IMG/VR virus record: IMGVR_UViG_3300032272_000020
Span: 1 to 49,316 of that record
DNA from: a virus
Taxonomy: Duplodnaviria; Caudoviricetes
Strand: one strand, 5' to 3'
Length of the DNA: 49,316 nt
Part shown: positions 17,592-27,866 of the stretch, in pieces
Layout: every line of letters starts with the position of its first letter
Position numbering within the stretch: position 1 is the first letter of the stretch
The notes under the pieces: model-generated
The model's database searches: none
What the model saw: only the letters and a program-made list of their open reading frames with translations
Told to the model about the DNA's origin: nothing
Made by a program: the position numbers and the translations under genes

Positions 17592-18731
17592 TTACGCCTT
17601 GATAGTAACAACTTGGAAAGCTTCAGGCAATGCAGTCTGTGCACCGATACGCTGCTTAACAATAAATGCTACTTGGTCAGACGTTGCAAATGCTTCATCT
17701 AATCGTGTGATTGCAATACTACCACGTTGGCGAATACGATATCCAGCTGCAAAATCTGCAATACATACAGGAACACTGCTTGCTGCTATATCATCCATTG
17801 ATTCAGGGTTAATGATTGGTAACCCCATGAATGTATTAGGCGCACTGTCTGCACCATTGAAACGCCATAAAGGTTGATTGTCACCATCTTTGAACGTTGC
17901 CATGACACCTTCAGTCGTACTATTACAAGCGACCGCAGCATTTCTACGATAAGTTTTCTTCAACTTATAGATTGCTTGGATCATTGTGTCAATGTCCAAC
18001 AAGCCAGAAGCAGCTGTTGTAGTCGAGTTAGCAAGGACATCTGTGTTAGTCATGAAGCCTTGTGGCATATTAACACCGGTACCAACTGAATAAGCATCAT
18101 CGCGAGCTTCTTCAAGTGCGCGGCCGAATGCAGCATTCAATTCACCGACGATGTCAGCAGCTGAGTCATCAAGCGTATCGCGTGGGATAACAACCAATGC
18201 ACGAAGGTTATGGATATCGATACCCACATTACCAGCTGCAAGTTCTTGGTCAGTCAAAGTAACATTCTTTGGACCCCATGCAACTTTCGGTTTAGACATT
18301 GAAGGGATAACTGCTCTGTTACCACCAGTAGGTAATACTGGAACCACTGATTCGACTTCGCCAGGATTGAAAGCATTCATTAATACTTCTGTTTCCATAG
18401 TTTCTTGTAGTAAGAAACCACCTTCATTATCTTGGATATTGGAAAGAGAAGTACGAGTCTCTAGATCCATTGCGGTAGTGTCAGTACCACGAAGGTAGAG
18501 ATCAAGAGCCTTAGCCACTTCACGTTTATCAAAGTCAGTACCATTGGCACCTGTGGTCAAGTTAGGTTGGCCAGCAGCACGAGATTCAAGAAGTTGCTTA
18601 TTCAAGTCTTCCATCTTTTCGAGTATGCTTTGGCGTTCTTCACCACTCGTAGTGGCGCCGGTTTCGAAAGAGGTCATACGTTCAGAAAGTTTGCCAATTT
18701 CTTCTAGGATTTGTTTAGTTGCTTCAGACAT
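17592..18731 (-). CDS. Major capsid protein, HK97 fold
   Basis: Coiled-coil delta domain; EGGFLL; LDDSAADI; GTGVNMPQG; FKDGDNQPLW; ADFAAGYRI; start likely MSEATK (GGAGA RBS). Confidence 0.95.
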   Translation of the reverse strand: MSEATKQILEEIGKLSERMTSFETGATTSGEERQSILEKMEDLNKQLLESRAAGQPNLTTGANGTDFDKREVAKALDLYLRGTDTTAMDLETRTSLSNIQDNEGGFLLQETMETEVLMNAFNPGEVESVVPVLPTGGNRAVIPSMSKPKVAWGPKNVTLTDQELAAGNVGIDIHNLRALVVIPRDTLDDSAADIVGELNAAFGRALEEARDDAYSVGTGVNMPQGFMTNTDVLANSTTTAASGLLDIDTMIQAIYKLKKTYRRNAAVACNSTTEGVMATFKDGDNQPLWRFNGADSAPNTFMGLPIINPESMDDIAASSVPVCIADFAAGYRIRQRGSIAITRLDEAFATSDQVAFIVKQRIGAQTALPEAFQVVTIKA

Positions 18732-19854
18732 TAGAGTCGTCTCCATTTATATTTTTGAGGGTAGTTAGAATTAGATCGGTGTTCAATTTACCTTCACCTG
18801 ACCTTTCACTACAATTATCCTGCTTATTACCTAGGATTGCAAGTAAAGCATTTGAACGTTTTAGCTCAGGCTCCGACATAAATTGGCGTAACTCTGTAAA
18901 GCTATTTTCAAACGTAGTGGCTCTCATAGTATTATTAAGAGTACGTAGCTCTGTTGGCAAATTAGATACTGCAGGTAGATCGACTATGTGCTGACCGCGG
19001 CATAGCTGTTTTACATTTTCGTCGGTGAGTTTATACTCGGCCGCGAAATCTTCAACAGTGCGTTCTTCTTCTTTCAAAGTAGACGCGACTGCTTGCTGTA
19101 ATGCGTTAACTGGTGATGCACGCATACTGTCATCATCACTAGTTTGTAATTGAATCCAGTTAGAAGTAAATTCTAAGTAGGATGCGTGGAAGTCATTAAG
19201 GGCTTTATCCATAGCGGCCAATGTTTCAGCTGCATCTAGTTCGCCGAATATCCAAGACCACCAAATGTCAGAAACTGTTTCTTGTATAGATCCCCACAAT
19301 AGAGGGCCAGTTCCAGCAAGAACAGTTTCAGAGAAATCTTCTGAACGTTCTTCGATTATTTCATCTGCTGTTTCGCCATCACGAACACTTGTGATACGTG
19401 AATCATCACCTGAAGGTAACCATGTAGGACTGATCTCTAGAAGCTTCACTTCTGTAAAGGTTCTGATCCCATCCTTTTCAATCTTGTCGTTCACGTTTTG
19501 GAAACCAAAAGATAAACCAGTAACTACTTCATCACGGACTAGAGCGAATGCTTCACGTGCTTCTTGAACTTCTAAACTAAGTTGGCCTGAGAAGAAAGCA
19601 CCTTTGTCATCTTCACGAATCTCTAAAGGCTTGCCAACTGGGTTACCATGGGAGTTACGAACAACAATTTTGTTCATACGCTCACTGATCGATTTAGCAA
19701 AGCACCCTTTCTGGAAGCGAGTATTGTGGGAATCAACTTGACCCCAGCGAGCGAAGTAACCTTCAATGATTCCTTGCTCTTGAGCATCGTCCCGATTCCC
19801 AGCACGCAGGCAGTCATCGTTAGCTCTTGTTATTACCTTGTTTTCTTTTGACAT
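18724..19854 (-). CDS. HK97-type prohead protease with long C-terminal extension
   Basis: IEGYFARWGQVDS, SHGNPVGK, GLSFGF, EVKLLEIS; about 200 extra acidic helical residues; start moved to MSKENK. Confidence 0.9.
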   Translation of the reverse strand: MSKENKVITRANDDCLRAGNRDDAQEQGIIEGYFARWGQVDSHNTRFQKGCFAKSISERMNKIVVRNSHGNPVGKPLEIREDDKGAFFSGQLSLEVQEAREAFALVRDEVVTGLSFGFQNVNDKIEKDGIRTFTEVKLLEISPTWLPSGDDSRITSVRDGETADEIIEERSEDFSETVLAGTGPLLWGSIQETVSDIWWSWIFGELDAAETLAAMDKALNDFHASYLEFTSNWIQLQTSDDDSMRASPVNALQQAVASTLKEEERTVEDFAAEYKLTDENVKQLCRGQHIVDLPAVSNLPTELRTLNNTMRATTFENSFTELRQFMSEPELKRSNALLAILGNKQDNCSERSGEGKLNTDLILTTLKNINGDDSNV

Positions 19855-19880
19855 GATTAAGCCCTTAATTAATATAGAAG

Positions 19881-21869
19881 TTATTGTACCTGATAAGTTA
19901 GGAAGCACCTACAGTTAATACGATCATCTGCAGCTACATCTGCATCACCTGGCCAGCGTGGTCCGATACTCCCTGATTTAACTGAGAACCGAGCCGACAT
20001 AGGTACAGTCTCCCCGCTTCTGCTATCATGGATATCACGGGTAGCAAAACCCGCAACATTCCAAGTCTTCAGTGTTGCTCCAGTTTCTTGTGCTGCTACA
20101 AATTGACCAATTGATGCTGCATTGGTACCAATGGTACGTGCAATGCGACTAGCCCTGACAGGATCAAATATACCTACGTCTTGGATAGCTTGTTTCAGTT
20201 GATCTAATGATTTGTTATTTTCAACGAAGTCCTGAACCTGCTCTATGATTGCAGCAGTGGTTAATGTATTGATCAGGGATACTTCTTCTAGTAAACCAGC
20301 TTCGCGTCTCAGGAATCCTTCTAAGGTTCTATCAAAACCTTCTTCTTGACGAACTTCGATTTTATTATCCGTGCGTACGATAACTGTTTCACTAAATTGT
20401 CTTGCCACATTAAAGTTAGCAGCTCCGGCTCGTTCCATAAATGAAACATCGGTAACGGCCTTTAGTGATCTTTCAAATGATGCTGCGTCAAATCGGTTAC
20501 CATCTAGGTCTGCAAATATAGCTGCTTCCTGTTCTCTTAACATTTCGGCATATACTGGTTTGACAATTGATTCAGTTAATCTTTCTAGGGTCAAAGATTC
20601 AACTTCTATTTGACGGTGCTCAATTTCTTTGAGGCTAAAGTATCTTTCGGAAGTCTGGGCAGTTGGTGTTTGCAAACCATTAAAAGGTTGGTCCCAACCA
20701 TTGTACTCTTCAAACCCAAGGGCCAGACGATCATTGATCTGAGCTACTGGAACTCCGATATCATAATAAGTTTTAGCAGTTTCAGCCTTGGCACCTTCGT
20801 CATCCCGCAAAGCAGATATCTTACTGGTGTCATAAGTGAAACGTTGGCCTTCAGTTAATAACCCGTTAGCCAAGAAGAATAAATTAAATTCATCTCGCAA
20901 GGTATTTAATACATCGAATATCTTTCCTTCCCACAATACTCTCATTGAAGATGAAAAATTATTAAATGTAGATGCTTCTTCGCTACCAGCTAATTGAACT
21001 GGGACACCAAAGATACCGCAGGTCTTCTCCCGATTGAATTGTTGGGACAAAATAAAGTCAACTTCAACTGGAGTCAAGCCCATACGCTCATACTTCAGAT
21101 TGTTACTTAGGACTAAAGGTTTACCAATTTTGGCACCTGCTCTACCGCGAATCTTTTCCCAGATCCTCTGCGTCAAGGTATCCCCTTGTGTTTTGTCAAG
21201 GTTCTGATCTGTGGTAAATACATCATCTACCCGACCTCTGTTCTGCATCAGGCCTACATTCCAGATACCTTGGTTATTATCTTGGTCAACTGTAATTGCT
21301 GCAGATTCTAAAGTACCAACACCTTTTGCTGGACTAGCAGGATCAGAATAACGGGGTATCATCATGGTCTCTAATGAGTAGTCACTAGATGATACAAATG
21401 ATCCTGAACCTGTAAAATCAACTGCAAAAGCGGAATAAAGTAGATCACCAGTTTGCGGGATGACGGCTTGAATTCTGTTTGGGTTAACTAAACCAAATCT
21501 GATCTGACTGCCTTCACGGAAGACTCTTACTGGTGCAATACCAACAAGCTCCATCCATTTGACTATTGTTTTAATCAATTGGGTACGTGTCATTTGTGGG
21601 TGCGGGGCATTGAAAGCAACTGCTAGTGGATGGTTTTCTATGATTTCACCATCTACGTCTTCGACTACCCAAGGAGGAGCAGCTGCTTGTGCTGCGATTA
21701 TGTCCACACATCGTCTAACCCAACCGTTAGTCTTATAACCATCGGCTGCTGTCTCAACAATGCTGAAATCGGATAGGGCCACGGCTTGAGTTGAACCGGT
21801 CGAAATACTTTCGATACCACGAGTACTTATAAGTGGTGTCTTTATCTTGGTATTAGTTTCGGGTTTCAT
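19881..21869 (-). CDS. Portal protein fused to a Mu gpF-like head morphogenesis domain
   Basis: Portal motifs WVRRCVDIIA and CGIFGVPVQLAG; C-terminal RASRIART, KTW, TRDIH, RWPGD, INCRC in the same ORF. Confidence 0.88.
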   Translation of the reverse strand: MKPETNTKIKTPLISTRGIESISTGSTQAVALSDFSIVETAADGYKTNGWVRRCVDIIAAQAAAPPWVVEDVDGEIIENHPLAVAFNAPHPQMTRTQLIKTIVKWMELVGIAPVRVFREGSQIRFGLVNPNRIQAVIPQTGDLLYSAFAVDFTGSGSFVSSSDYSLETMMIPRYSDPASPAKGVGTLESAAITVDQDNNQGIWNVGLMQNRGRVDDVFTTDQNLDKTQGDTLTQRIWEKIRGRAGAKIGKPLVLSNNLKYERMGLTPVEVDFILSQQFNREKTCGIFGVPVQLAGSEEASTFNNFSSSMRVLWEGKIFDVLNTLRDEFNLFFLANGLLTEGQRFTYDTSKISALRDDEGAKAETAKTYYDIGVPVAQINDRLALGFEEYNGWDQPFNGLQTPTAQTSERYFSLKEIEHRQIEVESLTLERLTESIVKPVYAEMLREQEAAIFADLDGNRFDAASFERSLKAVTDVSFMERAGAANFNVARQFSETVIVRTDNKIEVRQEEGFDRTLEGFLRREAGLLEEVSLINTLTTAAIIEQVQDFVENNKSLDQLKQAIQDVGIFDPVRASRIARTIGTNAASIGQFVAAQETGATLKTWNVAGFATRDIHDSRSGETVPMSARFSVKSGSIGPRWPGDADVAADDRINCRCFLTYQVQ

Positions 21870-21963
21870 TTACCGTCCTCACATTCTCTATTTTGCTAGT
21901 TTAATATCAATAAAGGAAAAATGCAACTTAGACTTTTAAATTGCACTGATCCTTTTATTTTTA

Positions 21964-23931
21964 CTATATATTAATTCCAGTAGCATACCAGAAACCTGAT
22001 GCAGCATGGTATATAACTGTAAACCCGCCATAATCGCCAACAGTTTGGTCTACACCTCCCTCAGTCCTGAACATTTCATCAATCCCGTTTTCAAACTTCA
22101 ATTTTACATTATTAACTGAAAGGTTCGATATTGTGATTCTTTGACCATCCACGCCACCTAGAAAACTTTTGACATCACGGTTTTGAACTATGTCTATAAA
22201 CAAAATCCCATCTGGTGCCAGTGAAGTGATATCCAAAGAGTCAATGTTTGCATTCGCCGTCACTGTAAGTGAAGGTAATACCTTGGGAAGAAAATCTTCT
22301 GCTTCAACTTTCTTTAAGGTGCCTGCATCATTGACCAATATCTCCATCGCGGCAGTTGCGGGTACTGATGTTTTATTGCTAATAGCAGTTGGTCCAACAG
22401 TTAAAACACCTGAGCCTGTTACTTCACCTGTATGTGTAGCATTGGTTGCCTTTGCAGTATTAGCAGTCACAGAAGTATTGTTACTGACCTCAGTATCGAA
22501 GTCAGAGATCGTACTGGCAGTTTGTGTACCTGTGTGATTAGCCCTTGCTCTATCACTAGAATGGAAATGTAGAGCCGTATCGCCTGCATCTGTTAAATCA
22601 GTTGCATTAACATCAGATATATTATTAACTTCTGCTAAAGCTTCTATACCTGAAAGTTTAGAACGTTCAACGTCTGTAAATATTTTAGCGGTTGCTGTTT
22701 CTGTCATGTTATCCATAACAAAAGCACTTGCATTTATAGCAGTTGGATCATAGACAGCTTTAAGCATATCACCTATGAACCCTGTACCTGAATCTGCCCA
22801 AGCAGCACCATTCCAATAGAACAGATTACCATCAGGAGATGTTACTGTTGCATTATCACCCATTACTCCTGTTGGGTGAGCAGTCTGCAAGGCAGTGAGA
22901 TCAGCAAAGACACCAAGATATCTACCACCTGTTAAACTACCGAGTTTAGTTTGCTCTGCATCAGTAAAGGCATTGGTATCTGCATTGTTCTCATACTGTG
23001 TTTTTATCTGTGCGTCTGTTAAGGCAGCAGGTAGTTGAGCAGCAGGGACAAGTCCAGCACCATCTAAACCAGCATAGCCATTTGCAACGCCTTTCTCTGA
23101 CACATCTTGCTTCAATGCCAAATTAACAGTAGTAGCAAGTTCGACCATTGGTCCATCATGTGCTTCGATTGCAGCATAAGGTAAGTCACCTACATCTCCT
23201 TTCATATCCACAGTGTCTGCTTCTATTGTGATATCTAATTGCTGTGCTGGTTGACTTAAAAACGGAACATAGCCAAGATAGAAATCAGTTGTAGTGTTTG
23301 TTCCAATAGCAGCAAAGAAGAAAGTTATATCACCCGTACCAATGTTGAATCCACCAACACCAGCATCCCATATAGCCTTACTAGGTATGTAACGCAGTGT
23401 CAATCCAGTTACATTGTCCATGACTCTTGCTCTGAAGTTAGTCATAGGTCCATTTGTTCGTACAATAAATCTGTCTGTCAATCTAGAGTTAGGTGCAACG
23501 ACTCCAGATGTAATGGAGAAATTTAATGGGTTACTAGTTAAGATGGTAGTATCAACAGGTTGTAATACTAATGATTGAGGTGGACCGAAGTCAAGAAATG
23601 TTGGGGCAGAACTGCCTACACCATCTATAAAATCTGATGCCACGTTGATAGACATTTGATTTTGCAGTTGGTCAACAACAACTAAATCTCCTACACCTTC
23701 ACTGAGTTGTAGAACCTCACCGACTTCAACAGCTCCGGGCGCTACTTCGACTTTTGCATTGTCAAATAGCCAGTTCTGCTCAGGGTCCGAAACTTTAGCT
23801 CCAGACTCTACCAATATCCCGCTCTCGACTTTAGGAACGGAATCATCAGCTAAATTTATAATCGAATCCACTGCGTCTTCTTGCGCAGGTGATAAACCAT
23901 CACCTCCGCCTACTGGTTTAAATCCTGACAT
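21964..23931 (-). CDS. Fibre protein (head or tail fibre-like)
   Basis: Mosaic of fibre-shaft motifs: KGVANGYAGLD, IKTQYENNADTNAFTDAEQTKL, GDMLKAVYDP, RANHTGTQTASTISDF, NATHTGEVTG. Confidence 0.7.
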   Translation of the reverse strand: MSGFKPVGGGDGLSPAQEDAVDSIINLADDSVPKVESGILVESGAKVSDPEQNWLFDNAKVEVAPGAVEVGEVLQLSEGVGDLVVVDQLQNQMSINVASDFIDGVGSSAPTFLDFGPPQSLVLQPVDTTILTSNPLNFSITSGVVAPNSRLTDRFIVRTNGPMTNFRARVMDNVTGLTLRYIPSKAIWDAGVGGFNIGTGDITFFFAAIGTNTTTDFYLGYVPFLSQPAQQLDITIEADTVDMKGDVGDLPYAAIEAHDGPMVELATTVNLALKQDVSEKGVANGYAGLDGAGLVPAAQLPAALTDAQIKTQYENNADTNAFTDAEQTKLGSLTGGRYLGVFADLTALQTAHPTGVMGDNATVTSPDGNLFYWNGAAWADSGTGFIGDMLKAVYDPTAINASAFVMDNMTETATAKIFTDVERSKLSGIEALAEVNNISDVNATDLTDAGDTALHFHSSDRARANHTGTQTASTISDFDTEVSNNTSVTANTAKATNATHTGEVTGSGVLTVGPTAISNKTSVPATAAMEILVNDAGTLKKVEAEDFLPKVLPSLTVTANANIDSLDITSLAPDGILFIDIVQNRDVKSFLGGVDGQRITISNLSVNNVKLKFENGIDEMFRTEGGVDQTVGDYGGFTVIYHAASGFWYATGINI

Positions 23932-23933
23932 GA

Positions 23934-25223
23934 TTATGCCTCCTCTACTTGTAATTGGCCTGCGCCAATATTTGTATTAATTGCCCATGCACCGATTGGT
24001 GTATCTGGGCTTTGTAAAAAGTCCTGAGGGTTTAAAACATTATATCCAGTACTGGCAAGTGGGTCTACATCAGATTCAGTAACTCTGACCTGCTGATTTC
24101 CAGTATTCTGAACTGTCAGCGGTGTACCGACAGGGATTCCTGTTGCTGCATACAGATCTATACTAGATTTGCCAGGAATAATTATTGGTGTTGCTGACCT
24201 ACTCTGGATTGATGCTTCAACATTAGCTGTGGGTTCATTCAATGCAAAACTAGTGTTATTATTACTAACAGATAAGTCGATCATTTCAACGTTACTGATG
24301 ATACCATCAAAGTAGTTTGGATTGACGCCATTCCTGCTGCCTATTGCAGCAACAGTAAATGGCTGCGGTCTGTTTAGGTAGGTAGAAATTAGAACATCAT
24401 CTAAAAATATAGTTATATCATCGTTTTGTCTTACAGCTTTTAACGTATGTAGTTCTTTGTCTGCTATGAATGCCCCGTCATCACTTACGAATGTTCCACC
24501 AATCTTCATATCAATACTGCCATTAACTGGATCAATTCTTATAAAACTAATGTCAGCAACTAGGAAATCTGACAAGAAACAACGATCCGCTGTTAGGGAG
24601 GCTAATTGGAAATCAAATGTAATTTCAAAATCCTCTATAAGTGTTACTGGCTGTTCAAGTTCGTAATACGAAGAAGTTCCATCTAGGTCAATCTTATATT
24701 CCTCTATGCCTGGAGTTATATCACCTCCAGCATATTCTAGAACTCGTTTTGCGGATACATTATCTGCAAAGAATTCACATGCTCCATTCCTTGATACGAA
24801 TAAGGCATTGTTACTGACATCTTGAAAAATATGTGAAATGCGCTCTGTGATTGAACTGTTCACACCTTCAGAACCTAGTTGCAATTTACCTTCACCTGAG
24901 ATAACTTCAATATCCATTTCACCTTGGTAGGTTCTTCCTTCTGTCAGTACATTTTGCCTGAAGTTAGCTGATGAGCCATCTGATATAATGTGTGCTCGAC
25001 CACCGACTACCTCAACTGTTTGAGTACCGCCAGAGTCATCTAAAATCCAATCATCTTCACCGTTATCGAAAGAACCATTAAGAACTATCTCTTCTCCACT
25101 AATCCAATCACCACTGGATTGCTGAGTATATTCTTCACGACTTGATGTAGGTATGTTTTGGTAGGTAACCACATTACTGTCTGGTGGTCCAAGGATACCA
25201 TCTACTGGTGTAAAGGCACCCAT
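23934..25223 (-). CDS. Virion appendage protein with carbohydrate-binding/LamG-like domains and a C-terminal copy of the adjacent 90-aa module
   Basis: EIVLNGSFD...ADNVSAK (CBM-like); LDGTSSY...YFDGIISNV (LamG-like); C-terminal DLYAATGI..G...QNTGNQ...GQLQVEE. Confidence 0.65.
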   Translation of the reverse strand: MGAFTPVDGILGPPDSNVVTYQNIPTSSREEYTQQSSGDWISGEEIVLNGSFDNGEDDWILDDSGGTQTVEVVGGRAHIISDGSSANFRQNVLTEGRTYQGEMDIEVISGEGKLQLGSEGVNSSITERISHIFQDVSNNALFVSRNGACEFFADNVSAKRVLEYAGGDITPGIEEYKIDLDGTSSYYELEQPVTLIEDFEITFDFQLASLTADRCFLSDFLVADISFIRIDPVNGSIDMKIGGTFVSDDGAFIADKELHTLKAVRQNDDITIFLDDVLISTYLNRPQPFTVAAIGSRNGVNPNYFDGIISNVEMIDLSVSNNNTSFALNEPTANVEASIQSRSATPIIIPGKSSIDLYAATGIPVGTPLTVQNTGNQQVRVTESDVDPLASTGYNVLNPQDFLQSPDTPIGAWAINTNIGAGQLQVEEA

Positions 25224-25225
25224 GA

Positions 25226-25498
25226 CTAAAGCTCCTCTACTTGAAGTTGCCCGTTCCCTACTGTGTGACTTGTTGCCCAGATACCTACAGGAGTAACTTC
25301 GCTTTGCAAAAAGTCGCGTGGGTAAAGAACATTGTAACCTGTTGTTGAAATTGGTTCTACAGCTGATTCACTAATCGCAATTGATTGATTACCAGTGTTT
25401 TGAATTATTACCTGAGTACCAACTGCGATACCAGTTGCTGCATATAAATCTACGCTTGTATTGCCAGTGATTAGTACTGGTGTTAATGATGTGGCCAT
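25226..25498 (-). CDS. Small beta-rich virion protein
   Basis: AAGGAG RBS; homologous to the C-terminus of 23934-25223. Confidence 0.65.
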   Translation of the reverse strand: MATSLTPVLITGNTSVDLYAATGIAVGTQVIIQNTGNQSIAISESAVEPISTTGYNVLYPRDFLQSEVTPVGIWATSHTVGNGQLQVEEL

Positions 25499-25512
25499 GA
25501 TGGCGTCTCCTT

Positions 25513-26940
25513 CTATCCGACGAAGACTTCGAACCGAGTTCTTTCCCTTTTGAGATATTGGGACATTGCGTCAACTCTGTCCTTCGTCCCTGCAGGAAAG
25601 TTTTTGCACTCTTGTTCAAAGTCAAATAACCAAGGAGCGGTCTCTGGCAGTACTACTGTTCCATTATCGATTGGCGATACTTCATTCGCCATTCTCATAA
25701 CCTTAGATTCCCGTCCGGGATCTATTGCTATGATATTCTGAATCCCTAGTAACTGCAACTCCTGGATCAACTGTTGCCCCGAAGCCTTATCTTCAATCAG
25801 CACCTCATTTGGTAGCCATTTAGAGATAAGGTCAATTGCTGTCTTCTTTAGTATAGGGTATTTTACTTTGTCACACCACACGTCAAGTAAATATTTTTTC
25901 CCATTAGTTTTTGTTAGCCATGCTTCGCATATACTATTATCGTTCAACTCACCGTCTTTATTAGCGGTGTCTAAAGACAAAGTTAACTTATCATTAGCCC
26001 CTCTGATGATATCACCGGAATACCTACTAGCTTTTGTTAGGTCTATCAAATTCCCACCGAGCGCCATAGGCTCTTGCATATACTGAGCAGCATAAGTAAA
26101 CCGTTCTGATTTAAGTTCTTCGATCTGCTCTGCTGTATGTTTAGCTGTCCACAGTGGGCCTTCTTCTAATTCATATTCGATTGGGATGCCGTGAGTGTAA
26201 TTAGTTCTGGGTGCATCATGATCAATAGTAATTGGTAGGTTCAGATGATGCCATACTTCACCAGTCCCACCATTTAATAAGAATGCAGTCGGATCATCTG
26301 GTGCAACCCTCTGCATGATAACAATCATCGGAACATCTTGATGGGCTAGACGGGATCTGTACACGCCAGGAAATCTTCTATTCATCTGAGTCTTCTTCGG
26401 ATCAGAGAAAGCATCATCGGCACTTAATGGATCATCCACTATGAAGGCGCCTGTGAATCCTTCTTCCATTCGGCCAGCACGGAAACCAGTTATAGCACCA
26501 CCTGAAGGAGCAACATACAATCCGCCACCTTGAGTATTGTACCATTCTTTCTTACCTTGGATATCAGCTCGCATCTGCATTGGCCAAAGTTCTTGGAATG
26601 CTTCTGACTGAATGATCTCTTTAGTCTTAGCTGAGTTCAGATTAACTAGGGATGCTGAATAAGAGGTATGAATAAATTTAGCGCGAGGGTTAAGAGCCAA
26701 GCCCCTAGCAACAAAATGCATTACAGCTAATTCCGTTTTGGTATATCCAGGCGGGATATTAATAATAAGTCTTTTAATCTCTCCGCTCAATACTCGGTCC
26801 AGTGTTTTACATACTAAAGCGTGATGGTGACCAATCAGGAACTTTGAAGTCTCCCGCTCTTTGAAGAAGTATTTAGTAAAATGTAGATGGGACGATTCAC
26901 ATAGATGCTTTAGCATTCTAGTGTGGTTAGCTGGTAACAT
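25513..26940 (-). CDS. terL: Terminase large subunit
   Basis: LIINIPPGYTKT (Walker A), FIVDDP (Walker B), IMQR, nuclease motifs SLDTA, IEDKASG, DRVDAMSQ. Confidence 0.95.
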   Translation of the reverse strand: MLPANHTRMLKHLCESSHLHFTKYFFKERETSKFLIGHHHALVCKTLDRVLSGEIKRLIINIPPGYTKTELAVMHFVARGLALNPRAKFIHTSYSASLVNLNSAKTKEIIQSEAFQELWPMQMRADIQGKKEWYNTQGGGLYVAPSGGAITGFRAGRMEEGFTGAFIVDDPLSADDAFSDPKKTQMNRRFPGVYRSRLAHQDVPMIVIMQRVAPDDPTAFLLNGGTGEVWHHLNLPITIDHDAPRTNYTHGIPIEYELEEGPLWTAKHTAEQIEELKSERFTYAAQYMQEPMALGGNLIDLTKASRYSGDIIRGANDKLTLSLDTANKDGELNDNSICEAWLTKTNGKKYLLDVWCDKVKYPILKKTAIDLISKWLPNEVLIEDKASGQQLIQELQLLGIQNIIAIDPGRESKVMRMANEVSPIDNGTVVLPETAPWLFDFEQECKNFPAGTKDRVDAMSQYLKRERTRFEVFVG

Positions 26941-27093
26941 ATAATAACCCTGTAATTTTCTTGTAAATATATATTAATGTCGGTTAGAAGACAAGCCCTC
27001 ACTAAAATGTAATTGGAACCTCAGTACTTATGCTAGGCTTTAACGGGGATAATTTAGTGATGGGCATGGACGAAAGGCATCGCCCACCCATGA

Positions 27094-27522
27094 TCAGAGC
27101 CTAATGGCTGGACCTTCAATCTTTTCGATGGCTTGGGTAACACGTAAACAGAATGATCTATAATGTAACCCGTCTGCAAACCCAGAAGAACTTTCTTTCA
27201 ATAGTTCAATCAGGTGGGATATGTGTTGCTCGGGTTCACCTTCACGAGCATTAACCATCATCAAGAGTTTAGCCTGTGCATCATCTTTATGATCCATTGC
27301 ATCATCTAACATTACCTTGAGACCTTCGGCTGTCTCGTCTGCTTGGTCAAGTTGATTTTTCAATTGGCTCTGTGTAGTAGTAGCATCCCCCATATACCGT
27401 TCGATAAGATCAAAAGCCTTCTCACCTTCAGCACAAGTATAACCTTCTGCTTTTAGTTTAGCTTGTACCCGAGCCTTAGCATCTGGTACTGCCTTCTCAT
27501 CTGTTCCTTTCTTCTTAGCCAT
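27094..27522 (-). CDS. Hypothetical coiled-coil protein
   Basis: AAGGAG RBS; helical, charged sequence. Confidence 0.7.
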   Translation of the reverse strand: MAKKKGTDEKAVPDAKARVQAKLKAEGYTCAEGEKAFDLIERYMGDATTTQSQLKNQLDQADETAEGLKVMLDDAMDHKDDAQAKLLMMVNAREGEPEQHISHLIELLKESSSGFADGLHYRSFCLRVTQAIEKIEGPAIRL

Positions 27523-27617
27523 TTTTTATTCTCCTTTATAATATTGTTTATATCTTAGTACACTTTTAAACAAAGGGCACCACGATCAGGAACAAAAAAC
27601 CCACTCACAGGAGCAGG

Positions 27618-27866
27618 CTACTTTTTCTTTTTACGTTTATTCCAAATCTTCCTAATCTGCCACCCGAGTATCTTTCGTTTCATGAATTGCCAGAACATGT
27701 ATAAAGGATAGCACCAACTAAAGAGGCCAACAAAGGTGGAGGCAAGAATAGTTGGGAAGAAATCCTCGTTCTCATTCTCACTAAGGATTATGCCCAAGCC
27801 ATACCAGAAGCCAGCAACGAAGCCAGCACCATAGGCTAATGCTATTAAATTGATTTCAACTATCAT
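27618..27866 (-). CDS. Small two-TM protein with basic tail (paralog 2)
   Basis: Two hydrophobic segments, SW..P motif, KRKKKK tail. Confidence 0.65.
   Translation of the reverse strand: MIVEINLIALAYGAGFVAGFWYGLGIILSENENEDFFPTILASTFVGLFSWCYPLYMFWQFMKRKILGWQIRKIWNKRKKKK

Noticed and set aside
17599-20858. Plus-strand ORFs opposite capsid, protease and portal
   Set aside because: Antisense shadows of well-supported genes.
26990-27093. Hammerhead ribozyme or preQ1 riboswitch
   Set aside because: No CUGANGA core and no preQ1-I stem with A-rich tail could be matched; kept only as a generic structure.
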